A DNA stretch of 64,000 bases from Amoebidium appalachense (GCA_963693365.1 CAVNZM010000011.1:7087921-7151920), one strand, 5' to 3'. Positions 1 through 12,509 are shown, numbered from the stretch's first letter. Numbers and translations: made by a program. The notes: generated from the sequence alone by a model not told the origin.

Positions 1-117
1 GAGTGTGTGGGTGGGGAGGCTGTGTAGGTTGCCTTTACCCATCAGACCAGAAGCAGTTTTTTTTATTGGCTGGCATATGCTGACCGACCACCCCCCCCCC
101 CCCATTTTCCATATTAG

Positions 118-627
118 GAAATCAGCGACCGTGTGCCCTTCATTGCTGACCTCAAGCCCAGCGGCAAGTGCGTAACCCCCCCCCCCCCACCACCCACCCC
201 ATCCACCCACCCACCCACCCTTCTGTTTTCCTTTCACATTCCGCATTGGACCCTAATGAAAAAATGTCCCTACTATTCAGCCTCTCCCCCTCCCCTCCCC
301 CCCCTCCCCCCCCCCCCCCCCCCCCCCTCCCCCAAACACACACACACACATACATACACATGCATACACACAAGCCCCCTTGCACACACACATGCGTGGG
401 CACGTCGACGTGCCGACATACCCACCCACCCACCCACCACCATCATCACCACCAGTTTCCCAGAAAGTGAAGAAAACAGCTAGAGACATGGATATCTCAT
501 CTTCGTTCTCCTTTGTGAGTACCATAAGGGCCGCTTCCCACGTGCTCTGTTTCACGGCTCATTGACCCATATATGTGGCACACATTTTCACGCACACATA
601 CCTATACACACACGTGAACAATTGCTT

Positions 628-674
<47 letters not shown>

Positions 675-1040
675 ACAAGTACACTGGTGTCCACATGCAC
701 CCATGTGGTTGCGTTCTCACACATCTACACGCCTACACACATCTACACATGAGCGCGCACACACACACACATCTACACACACACACACACACACACACAG
801 GTACGTGATGGAGGATGTGCAGAAGATTGGGGGCACGCCTGCCGTCATCAAGTATCTGCTCGAGAAGGGCATTCTGCACGGTGACTGCCTGACCGGTACG
901 TGCCGGTCTGTGGGCGGGGGGGGGGGGGGGGGGTAGGTGTGTGTTTGAGGGGAAAAAGGGGCGGTGTGGTGTGTGGGAGGGGGCTTCTTGCGTTTGTGTG
1001 TATGTAAGACCATCTGTAGGTGTGTCTTTTGTGTGTGTCT

Positions 1041-1078
<38 letters not shown>

Positions 1079-1270
1079 CTTCGGTTTCGTCTACGTTTTC
1101 CACCTTCTCAGCCATATTTCCCCCCCGAATGTGTACTTTCGTATCCTTTAATGCATTCTAAAACCCCCACCCCTCCCTCTAACACACACCGTTGACACAC
1201 CTGCGGATACAAACAACTGCACACTAACATACCCTCTCCCCCCCCTCCCCCCCCTCCCCACCCTCCCCCC

Positions 1271-1304
<34 letters not shown>

Positions 1305-1674
1305 ACCCCAACACACACACACACACGTACGTACACAGTTACGGGCAAAACCCTTGCCGAGAACGTTAAGGACCTGCCAGGCCTCGCACCCGGCCAAGAC
1401 ATCATCCACCCCATCGAGACACCAATCAAATCCAGCGGCCATCTTCAGATCCTGAGGGGCAATCTTGCGCCTGAGGGGTCCGTGGCTAAGATCACTGGAA
1501 AGGAGGGGTTGTTCTTTGAGGGAACTGCTCTGGCTTATGACTCGGAGAAGGTACGGTTTTTTCTTTTTATTATATTATTATTATTATTATTATTATTATA
1601 GTACTTGAATGTTTGCCTTTGCATGTGTCCTTCGTGTATGCGTACTTCGTACCGTGTTCCGCATTCAAACCCCC

Positions 1675-1725
<51 letters not shown>

Positions 1726-3288
1726 CATTTCCGCTTCTAACCCCACCCACCCACTTACCCTCCTCCCACCCACCCCCACAGGACATGCTTGCTGCCTTTG
1801 AGCGTGGGGAGATCCACAAGCGGTCCGTCATTGTCATCCGCTACGAAGGCCCGAAGGGTGGCCCCGGCATGCCCGAGATGTGTATGTGCCCCCCCCCCCC
1901 CCCCCCCCCCAACACACACACACACACCCTCCCGTCCTCCTCCTCCCCCCTTCCCATCGGATACTATGGATGCCCCCCTCCCCTCCCGCTTGCCTGAGGA
2001 TGGGCTTTGCTTTTAATGGACACCCTATTGTGTGTGCCCTGCTCTCTGCCTTATATTGTTCGTCGTAAAGAGTTAGCATCTTCCCCTCCGGGGGATTCCC
2101 TTACTCCCGGTCGAATGTTTTGCTCGTCTCTGCAAAGATTTCGTCGTCCATTGTTCCTCTTTGTTATTTTCCATTATGCTTTGGTGTAATGAACCTGGTA
2201 TCATACAATGCATTTCTTCACGCATTCAACCCCCCCCCCCCCCCCCCCCCCCCTTCTCCCTTCTCTCTCCCGGCTCCCCTCACGTGTCCTTTTACCTGAA
2301 GGTGGGGGGGGGGGGGGGGGGGGGGGGGGGTGGAGAGGGTGATGTGGATGTGTGGTGGGTGGTGGGGTAGGGGTTTGGGTGGAAGCGGGGTGGGGGGGGG
2401 GGGTGGAGGGGAAGGGGGTTATGTGCATGTACCACGCACAAGCACGCACCCTTGTTTAAGAATGAGAAATTCCTTTTTGCACATCTCTGAGATTTGATTG
2501 GCCGCAGTGACGCCCACCAGCGCCATCATGGGTGCCGGCATGGGCAAGGATGTGGCCCTGATCACCGACGGCCGCTTCTCGGGCGGATCCCACGGTATGT
2601 GTGTGCATGAAGTATTGAACTGTTGTGTACGTGTGGGTGGGTGGGTGGGGAGAAAGGGGGGGGGTTTGGTGGGCGGGTGGGTGTGTGACCGGGGGAGTGT
2701 GTGTGTGTGCGTGTTCGTGAATGTGTTGGGGGGGAGGGGGGGTATCATACAATGCATTTCTTCACGCATTCAACCCCCCCCCCCCCCCCCCCCCTTCTCC
2801 CTTCTCTCTCCCGGCTCCCCTCACGTGTCCTTTTACCTGAAGGTGGATGGGGGGGGGGGGGGGGGGGGGGGGGGGGCAATCGTATTTTGGAGAGTTCAAT
2901 ATTGTATGTATGCAAAAGAATATATTTGGCATTGTCGGGATTTGTCGGTTGTGGTAAAATGTCCTGGGGGGGAAGGGGGAAATTGAAGGGAGGGGGGGAG
3001 GGGGAGGGATGGGCAGTGCATGTTATAGAAGTTTTGGCTGCGCTCTGGCGTTCGTCTTGCACTTTAGTGGCATGATTTCTTCTTTTTCGGTGCTTTGTGG
3101 GCCAAGCAGTGGGTGCTAAAGATAGCTCAAGCCACTGACATTGTTCTATTTTTAGGATTCATTATTGGTCACGTGACCCCGGAGGCCCAGGTCGGCGGCC
3201 CCATTGCTCTCGTCCAGAACGGCGACCGCATCAGCATCGGTAACCCTTCCCCCCCCCCCCCCCCCCTCCCCCCGTGCGCACACACATG

Positions 3289-3351
<63 letters not shown>

Positions 3352-3685
3352 TTGTGATGTCCATCGAGAATGGGTTATTCCTACTTTGTGCATTCTAATA
3401 TTTACTCCCCCCGCCCTCCCTCCTCCGTTCCACCCACAAACACACGCCCACACACTGCATTATGTTGTCCATCGAGAATAAGTATTTCGTACTCGTTCAC
3501 ATTCTAACTGTCCCCTTCTCCCCTCCCCCCCCCCCCCCCCCCCCCCTCGCCACACACACACACACAGACGCCAAGACCCGTGAGATCACGCTGCACGTAC
3601 CCGATGAGGAGCTGGCCAAGCGCCGGGCGAACCTCAAGCTGCCGCCCCTACCGTGCCACCAGCGGCACCCTCTACAAGGTATAAA

Positions 3686-3750
<65 letters not shown>

Positions 3751-4260
3751 CCCCTCGTGCCATTATAATGCATGTCATCTGGAAATCCTTCTTTCTCTTT
3801 CTCTGCATGCGTGTGAATGTCAACTTTAAACCCCATGCCTCAGGACAGACCACTGTGTGGAGAGCGCTTTACTTCCATGCAACCTGGCATGGTTGCTCTG
3901 TGTCGTGCATCTGTAAGCACATACGCATTTTTCGTTGCACTGCATTAGTTTGCACACACATCTTCACCGTTTTGCTCACCTTGCTTGCATAAGCAAACCC
4001 TGCTCGTCTTTGATCAAGACGGGTTGACCCGCCCAAGTTCAGTTGATGCTGCTGTCTGAGTTGGAGCGTCGTATATACGCGGGCTAAGGGGTGGAAACTC
4101 AGACGCAATTGATGACTTGGGTCCTCCCTGAGGATGGGCTCTGCTTATGACGCATTCTATGCACATGGCTGATGTTGCATACTTGAATGTTTGCCTTTGC
4201 ATGTGTCCTGCACCATGCTTCTCGTCGTGTATGCGTACTTCGTACCGTGTTCCGCATTCA

Positions 4261-4296
<36 letters not shown>

Positions 4297-4741
4297 ACAA
4301 CAAAAAAGGGGGGGGGGGGGGGGGGGGGGGGCGTGCTAGCGTGGGCTCTGATTATGCATACATTCTTTTAGGACTAATATTGTACATCTGCACATGCATC
4401 TACATCCGAGAATGAGCCCTCCGCATCCACACACACACACACACACACACCCGTCCAGTGACACCCACCCACACGGCGAATGGAAAAAATCACACATGAG
4501 AAAACAAGAAGGGGACCCTGAGACACATGGGCACGCACCACACACAGTTCCCCAACGTTTGAAGCTTGTCTGCTGTGTGCTGCTGTGTGCCACTGTGCGT
4601 TCCTTACATTAGAACTTGATCAATGCCTTTGCTAATAAAAAAATGCCACCCCTCCCACCCATTTTCATACACACACACAAACACACACACACACACACGG
4701 ACACGTCCCACGTACACACACACACACACACACACACACGT

Positions 4742-4772
<31 letters not shown>

Positions 4773-4858
4773 TACACACACACATACACCCACACACCCA
4801 CACACAGTTCATTAAGAACGTCAAGACCGCCACCGAGGGCTGCGTCACTGACGAGTAA
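118..4858 (+). CDS. ILV3: Dihydroxy-acid dehydratase (IlvD/Ilv3), 3' part; 5' exons lie upstream of the window
   Basis: Exons 118-167, 801-895, 1339-1550, 1782-1881, 2508-2594, 3156-3239, 3568-3678 and 4808-4858 with GT-AG introns. Spliced motifs: [76 protein letters not shown], and C-terminal GCVTDE*. One extra C in the run at 3645-3648 shifts the frame of the penultimate exon. Confidence 0.96.
1602..1669 (+). mobile_element. 5'-truncated copy (3' end only) of the intronic structured repeat
   Basis: TACTTGAATGTTTGCCTTTGCATGTGTCCT...CGTACCGTGTTCCGCATTCAAA matches 4180-4262 apart from a short internal deletion. It is preceded by (ATT)n and followed by poly(C). Confidence 0.85.
1989..2229 (+). 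mobile_element. Diverged, internally deleted relative of the intronic structured repeat
   Basis: Starts CTTGCCTGAGGATGGGCTTTGCTT (compare CCTGAGGATGGGCTCTGCTT in full copies) and ends CACGCATTCAA followed by poly(C). Confidence 0.55.
2197..2845 (+). repeat. ~105-bp segment duplicated into two adjacent DHAD introns (2197-2304 and 2741-2845)
   Basis: GGTATCATACAATGCATTTCTTCACGCATTCAA-Cn-TTCTCCCTTCTCTCTCCCGGCTCCCCTCACGTGTCCTTTTACCTGAAGGTGG is identical in both copies apart from run length. Confidence 0.9.
3979..4262 (+). mobile_element. Intronic structured repeat, full copy A (SINE-like / structured RNA candidate)
   Basis: Core 3988-4149 is closed by CATAAGCA...TGCTTATG. Near-identical to the reverse complement of 54174-54447. 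Ends in CGCATTCAAA followed by poly(C). Confidence 0.85.
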
Positions 4859-7133
4859 GACAGCCGTCTTGAGAATCGTGACATGTTCACTGCATGCATG
4901 CGCATGATAGCACAGATAACACACCGGGCAAAGCTAATAGGATTTTAGAGGGCAGAAACATGTGTATAACACAAAAGTTTTGTAAATGGTAGCCATATTC
5001 ACTGAACAGAGCAGTAGAGCAGAAGGCAAACTGTTTTTTGGTTTATGTTAATTTTTGGCAGGTAGCCGATAAATAGGGGCGGTATATTCTTCACAGTTCT
5101 GGAACCCAAGTGTATGATAAAGGAACCAATGCCTGAGCTATGTTCTTATGCCAAAATGTAACATGGTGGTTAATCGACTGTGTAAGGTAGCAAGTATTTG
5201 TGCTCATGCACACACAGTGTGCATGTGCATATACCATGCTATATATGGTCGTTATATTTATTTTGGTGCCAGGTGCCGGCCACGTACCATAGCTTGTGCA
5301 TCTGCAATAAACTGCAACCTTTACCAAACGTTTGAATATTGTGAATTGCTTTTACAAAACACATCTTACTAACCCCTCCCCCCCTCCCCCCACACACACC
5401 CCTCCTCACCACCTCCAGGCACACACACACACATGCATGCATGCGCCCACGCAGACACATGACCGCCGTGCGCACAAGCACACACATGCATGCACACGTG
5501 CTCGCCCACACCTGCACGTTTCCGCACATAGACACACACACATACACCTACACACACACACATGCACACACCCACGCCCACACATGCGCGCTCTGCGCGC
5601 ACACGCACACACACACACAAACACACACACGCACACCACCACCACCACCACCACCACCACTGCACGACGAGCCACCACTACAACTTGAAGTGAAAAAATG
5701 GATGGCTCAACAAGAAAGTTAAAAAAGAAATAACCGCAACAAAACAATCTCTTTCTGTAACAACAACAAAACCCCATTTTTTAATCCTAACTTTGAGAAA
5801 CATGCTCGTGGACCGTGGGGGGGAGGGGGGCGGGGGGGAAGGGGCGAAAGAGAGAGTGTGTTTGGTTGTTTCAGTCTGAGAGAGGGAAAAAGGAAGTAAG
5901 GGGAAGAAAGGGGGACTGATAACGGGAGAAAGAGAGAGAGATAGAGACAGAGGGGTAAAGTCTAGACATGGGTGTGTGTGTGTGTGTGTGTGTGTGGGTG
6001 TGGGTGGGTGGGTGGGTGGGTGTGGGTGTGGGTGTGGTGTGTATGTGTGTACGCACTACACTGTGTGTTTGTGTGTGGACGAGTTTACCAGTGTGTGTGT
6101 GTGTTATAGAAGTGATCAAATCATAGTCTTTATTTTAGCTCTAGCCTTTAGACGTTTATTAATTTAGTCACATCCTGATTAATTTGGTTTTTGAATAAAC
6201 TAAGGCTTATGGCTACGCATGCGGCATTCGCTGTTACAGTTAGCGGCCTATAAGTAAGGTGCATTCCTATTGGCCGTTCGACAAAGGTGCTAAATATCAA
6301 TTGGTGGAGGTGGGGAACACGTGAACAAGTCACCGACAGTACTTTCTAGCTTTATCTAGATTCTGAACTCATCTGTCTCAAAATCTATGAATTAATATTT
6401 CTGGGCAGATATCCCAAGTCTAAAGTCTACTTTACCGCTACATAATAATAATTCATATTAGAACTCGTTCCATACTTCAAACTTCGACTGAAATATTCAA
6501 AAAAAATTCATTAACTCACAACGGTTTGTGTTCCGAGAGTGAATTTGCGTCAAAACACAGTGTGTGGTATAAAATTTGAGTACCTTTATGGGGATGGTGT
6601 CACCTAATGTGCCCCCCTCCCCCCCTCCCCCTCCCCCGGCCCCCCTCCCCCCCTCCCCCCCCCCTCCCCCCCCCCCCCCCCCCTCTCCCCGTGCCTACAC
6701 AATAGTATTACATACCGAGAAAGGAAGGAGGGGAGGGGAGTCTCAGAGATCATGGGTGGGGAGGACGGGAATAGACTCAGATGGGGAGACACACACAGAG
6801 AGAAAGAGGGACTCGTGTGTGTGTGTGTGCGCACGCGCGCGCGCGCGCGCGTGTGTGTGTGTGCGTGTGCGTGTGCGTGTGTGTGTGTTGTGTATGTGTC
6901 TATGTACGCGCGCGTGCAAGTGCCACATGTATATAATTAGTATCTGAATGTACATGTGTCCTGTGTCCAAAGTACTCAAACCACCTTTTTGGGCCGCAGT
7001 ACCACCACCCGTTTCTCGCCAAAATCATGGGCGACAAACACCACCGCATCATCAATGCCGTGCTTCAATTTTCTCCAATGTGCATGATTGGGACGGAAAT
7101 GGCGTGAATTTCCCCGAACGATTCCGGCGAATC

Positions 7134-9455
7134 CTAACTTAGCTGACGCCCACTCGATCTTGACATGTTTTCGCTGCGCGCAAAGAAAATCTGGCAGAGG
7201 GGGCCTACCAAACTATTCGTGCAGTCTATGACGTTGGGCACTTCATACGCGAGCTCAATACACATATCGAAAGCTTCTCCAAAGCATTCACCTTCGTTCA
7301 ATGGATCTGCAGTCGTGGCTACACTTTCACATTTTGGGGAGTATGAAGAGAGGTTCCATTCCGAATGGCTGACAGTGGTGCGGTTGGGTATTGGATGGCG
7401 CAAATGGAAAAGGGATGTGGTGTGGAGGGTGTGGTTTGTCACGTGAATGTATGTGTCTTGTCGCATGATGTGCCCCCATTCAGCATTTTCCGAGATGCCG
7501 CTGAAAACCCTTGTGCCAGTCTCAATGTCGTAAATGTTGAACCGACGGCCGCACGCGACAATAACCCACTTTCTGTGCATTTTGATCTGGAAGTCATCGC
7601 CTGTTTTGATTCGCAGCAGACTCGTATAGGACCATACCTCCTCTCCGGTAGAAATTCTGCTTTAGGTCATCCTGACAAAAAAATAGCGATAGCGGTCGCT
7701 GCCGCGAATCTCGTGGGTGAATGTTAGCACTGTCACCCGGTCACTGCATATGGCCGCATGCGATATCTTTCCGTCGGGGGGTGAACTCGGAATGCGTAGC
7801 GCCCGTGTGTACCTCCCACACTCTCACTTTGGTGGGCGAGACTAGCACGGCCACAAACGGAAACACGATGGCGATGAATTTTCTGTTGTAGAAATTGTTG
7901 TCGTCGGTGTCGTGGTGGTGGGGGATGGAGATGGTGCAGATCACTCGGCCTGTTTCCTTGTCCCATACGGCAATGTTGTCAAGTTCGGTGGCAACGGCAG
8001 CATATTTTCCGTCGCAGACAAATTGATCCCATTCAACATCATCGTTGCCTTTTGGAGGCGTGAGGTTATCCATGATCCTGCGATTAAGAGGCTTGGTCAG
8101 TGATTGATTGTGTGATTTGTCTACTGTCTCATTATGCACGGGCTTGATATGGTAGACACGTGCAATCTTCATGTGTACATGCCAGATGTATGAAGTAGGA
8201 CCCCCCCCCCCCCTCCCCCTTCCCCCCTCCACCCCCCTCCCCCCCGCCCCCCCTCCCCCCGAACACACACCCACACTGGGCCACCAATCATTTTTCAACA
8301 CACCCTGCTCATCCTCCCGAACCCCCCGCAGGAGAAAAGAAAAACTTGGTGCGCAGCTCAATATTGTGACAACCTCCCCCCCCCCCCCCCCCCCCCCCTT
8401 CTTCCCCCTCAGGCCCCCTCACCCACCCTTTAGCCAGCCAGTCGTTTTTATTATGGGATGGTCCGTCCCCAGGACCAAAATATGGCACACTGCATGTCCC
8501 TCCATTCCCCCCCCTCCCCCCCCTCCTCCCCCAACCACCACTCACCACCCACCCCACCTCACACACACAAACACAACCACCCACCCGCACAGCCGTGCAA
8601 ACCATCCGTTTAAGGGAATTTTATGAATTATACTAAGGAATACCCACTTGACTTCGTAACTGTCCCGGAACATGCGGTGCACAGGCAGCCCCTCCATCGG
8701 CCCATCATACGGCCACGGCAGCCTAAAGAAGTCAAACTCCCGCCGTAGGTTCTCCCTCCGCTCGGCACACCCAGGCAGAGGGGGGGGGCTGGAGGGTGCG
8801 GCAGCTGTTGAGCACAGCGGCAAAGAGGTCTCCGTCTCTGTCCATAAGCATCTCCCCCCCTTCTGATTGGACGGTGTGCCTGCCGCTGAACCACGCGGCA
8901 AGCATGGGGGTTGGGTAGGCACAGAGGGTCTGGCGGGTGGTCTCGAAGTGGCGGCCACCCACGATGAGTCTCACTCTGTCACTGGGGGAGAGGTTGACCA
9001 CACCCATCATCTTTGCATGCGCTACCTCCTCGCGGAACTGCGCCCTCAAGTTCGTGCAGATGATAGGCCGGAGGTCAGAAACATGTTTGTCATACGCAAA
9101 CCAGGAGCCATTTGAGTGGCGAACTGCCCCCCCCCCCCCCCCCCCCCCCCCCTTCTTCTCCCCCCCCCCTCCCCCCCTCCCTCCCCCCCCCTCCCCGGGG
9201 CCGCGGATATACACACACACTTGTGAGCACACCTCTCCTCCCTATAAACAAATTCACCACCAGTATTCGAGCTGTCTCTTACATAACTCCAGACCATTGC
9301 CATGGCATGCCCATTATCTTCTTTCCCTCCATTTCGGAGAGCCCCTTCACGTCTAGTTCGACTTCCTTGACGTTTCTGGTTTGGGCCCGGGTCACCCTAG
9401 GAGGAACAATATTTGGCTCCTTTTTCTCTCTTTGCCGGGGTGGCATTTTAGACAT
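7134..9455 (-). pseudogene. KCTD-type BTB/POZ protein with a C-terminal WD40/beta-propeller-like region, with frame disruptions
   Basis: VRLIVGGRHFETTRQTL...MLAAWFSGR...MDRDGDLFAAVLNSCR...LRREFDFFRL is a T1/KCTD BTB signature. Downstream blades include NIAVWDKETG, KVRVWEVHTG and FNIYDIETG. Frameshifts occur at the G-run ~8780-8788 and near 7660-7760. The start and exon phases are uncertain. Confidence 0.65.
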
Positions 9456-10096
9456 CTTCAAACATACAATGCTGCGCTTATTACTTGGTAGCTGATGTAT
9501 TAATCACTTGGCTAGCTATCTTTAACAATGATCTCTTGGAGGCCCCGAAACATCGTTCAAGTTCTTGTTCGTACGCCATCATGGTTTTCTGTGTGCCTTT
9601 GATGATATCTGGCGCCAAAACTATTTTCAATAGATCCGGCCAATCAGTGCTTAGCTAGGTTTTTAGTTATCCAATCAAGCACCTCCTTGCAGCGCGGCAT
9701 ATTCAAAAGTTTGCCCAACCGATGGTACAGAGCACGACGCCCGGGCATCTGAGGCCGTTTTTTACAAGCACTACACAAAACACAGGGGGGTGCCAGGAGC
9801 TACTACTAGAGAGAAGGGGGGGGTATGATTGGAGGGGGGGTGTTCAGCTAACCTTATATGGATAAAGCAAAGTTACAAGGATTCAAGCCATTGGTTGGGC
9901 AAGACCCCTTTTGCCGAATATGGATAACAGATCATACACTGCTGTAGGCGGCGGTCAGGAATTGGCGCGCTCTTTACTGGTCACAACCAGTCCGGGAAGG
10001 CCATGAGCAGCATTGCCGAGCACACTGGAATACGGGAATGTTTGCGGTAACGTAGTCGCACTAGGGGGGCAGGGGGCCAGGCCCCAAGTGTTTAAA

Positions 10097-11490
10097 ATGA
10101 AGCCAGGCTGCCCTAAGGGCACAACACAGCGCCCTGGGCATAAAACAGGCGGAGCTAGGGAGGGAGCTGGGCGCAAAAAAAGATGCTGCATTTGTTCAGC
10201 CTTTAGCGAACTTTGCAGGTTTTGGGACGGCAAACAAAGCTGTTTTGCAGGAACTAAACGTAAACGTACAACCCGAACAGCCCCCTCTATCTAAGGCCGC
10301 CGACATAAGGGCCCGTGTAGTTGAGGCAGGTAGCGTCCATTCGTTACCAAGAGAAATGGATCGGGCCCCTGCTCCACACCCACCAGACATACAGGTGCAA
10401 CCCGACGAGGAACCTTTGCTAAATGCAGCAGCAGATGCGTACCGGGTAGACGAGGATGAAGGGGAGGAAGAGGGAGAAGATAATACGGACGGGGATGACG
10501 GTGGAGAGGAGTTTTCTGACGCGGCGGGCGAAACAATCAAGTCGCACCTGCACACAGTGAAAGAGAGTCTCAAAGATGAGAAGACGCCTGTGGGGTGGCA
10601 TCTTCCACCTCCCATTATAGGCTTTAAATTTGGGGGCGATCCAGCGCCTTTCTACAAACCCAGATGTTTTGCCTGGCTTCCGGAAAGGTTGTCTCCCGGT
10701 TTCATGGTGCCGTGCCCCTTCGATGATCACTACGTGGACCCCCACAACCACCCCAACCCACACCGTACTTCTCGCAATGGGTTCATGAGCAACCCCGTAG
10801 GACGGCGTGTTATCGACTTTGACAGCTGCTACTACATTATCACGGCCCGGTACTTTTGTGACACATGCAAAAAAAACTTTGCCGGCACAAACCCCCAGAC
10901 AATTAAACGCCTTCCACTCTTCATGCGTGATCAGTTTCCGGCCTACCTTAGCCACCGCAGTGGGCTCGACCTAAAGGTGGTAACATTGTTGCGTGCACTG
11001 GCAGACAAAGGTGTGGGCCCAAACGCCTTTGCCACCCTCCTCTCGGAGCTCCACAAGCAGCGATACGACGAGCAGCGGCTCCTGTATTACTCGAGGGCGC
11101 TGCATTGGACCAAGTATGAACTCAAAAAGCGTAACGATTTCCGCCCCCACGACCAGCGCCTGACAGAACTTCCCCCAGAGGAGCAGGCGGCTAAGTTCTC
11201 GGCGTTTGGTGACAAAAATGGTTACGCTGGACATGTGCCTTCAGGCAAGTGTGCACTGCATTTTGGGTGTGTAAATGGTCCCCATTGTTTTGTATGCACG
11301 TGCTTGGGCATTTTTTGGGTTGGCTTGGTAGGGTTTTGTTTTATTATTTTTTATTTTTTTTTTAGGGGGGGGGGGGGGACTTGGAAATGGGTTTTGGAAG
11401 TGTGGTCAATAAGTTTCTATTATGGTGGTGGTGGATGTGTGGTGGTGGATGTGCGCCTGTGAGTGTGCGTGTACTTGTGGGTCCGTGTGT

Positions 11491-11521
<31 letters not shown>

Positions 11522-12011
11522 GGGGGGGGGAGGGGGGACATGGTGATGGATTAGGGTGGTGGTGGTGGCAATCAGTCATGGTGGTGGTGGTGGTGGTGGT
11601 GGGTGGGGGGGGGGGGGGGGGGGGGGGGGGGGGAGGGCAGAGGGATCATCAGAGGGGTGAAAGCATAACGGTCCATGTACCAGTGAGTGTGCTTGGGAAA
11701 TCGTGGAGAACTGTTATGCCTGAAATTAGATGGTGGGTGTGCGCATGTGTGTCTGTGTGTGTTGGGGGAAAGGAGGTGGAGAGCGGGGGGGGGGGGGGGG
11801 GGGGGGGGAGGGGGGGGGGGGGGGGGGGGGCACATGGTGGTAGACTGGATCTTGGTGGCGGTACTTAATGGTTATTATAGTAGTGGCAGGAGGGTGTGGG
11901 GGGAAGGGCAAACGGACGTGCAGGGGACAAACTGCAGATGGGGCACAAAGGGGAAAGAAGGTGAAAGTTGGTGCAATGACTTGGAGGGTTTGCGCGCGCC
12001 GGGAGGCGGGG

Positions 12012-12048
<37 letters not shown>

Positions 12049-12478
12049 AACGGCCGGAGATGGGTGTGTAGCGTTTTTGAGATGGGAAAAGCCATACAGA
12101 CTTACGAAAATACAGAGAGGTGAGATGAACACGAGGGACTAGAGGGAATGGGGGGGATGGTCCTGATGGGAGGGTGGTGGAGTTCTAACAGTACTTGGGG
12201 TTCAGGCAAATACCTGAGTGCCGTGTATACTGAGTTCAGCGACCGCACGGCAAAGTACCAGAGCCTGGACACGCAGCTCAAGCCCGTAAACAACGTGCTC
12301 AAGGCCGACCACACCTTCCAAATTGGGAAGCTCACCGGCATCAATGGGGAGCCTCTGTACCGAGGCCTATGGACTTGTGTAAACGAGCTTGGCGGTGTGT
12401 GGTCCCTCCTCTTCTCCCCCCTCCCCCCACTCTCCCCCAGGCCCCCTTCCCCCTCCCCCCCCCCCCCACACACGCCCA

Positions 12479-12509
<31 letters not shown>

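Noticed and set aside
3988-4149. Repeat core as a C/D snoRNA, hammerhead ribozyme or simple MITE
   Set aside because: TGATGA is not conserved in copy B and is misplaced for a C box. There is no CUGANGA/GAAA hammerhead topology. Homology extends ~110 nt beyond the apparent inverted ends, so those ends are not element termini.
4250-4262. TTCAA end as an IS200/IS605 or Fanzor right end / omegaRNA
   Set aside because: There is no TnpB/Fanzor ORF in the window, and the structured core is ~110 nt from the end. Unsupported here, though worth a genome-wide check.
10170-10185. Programmed -1 frameshift at the A7 run
   Set aside because: The shift needed is +1, and similar homopolymer indels occur in DHAD. 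An error or mutation is more likely.
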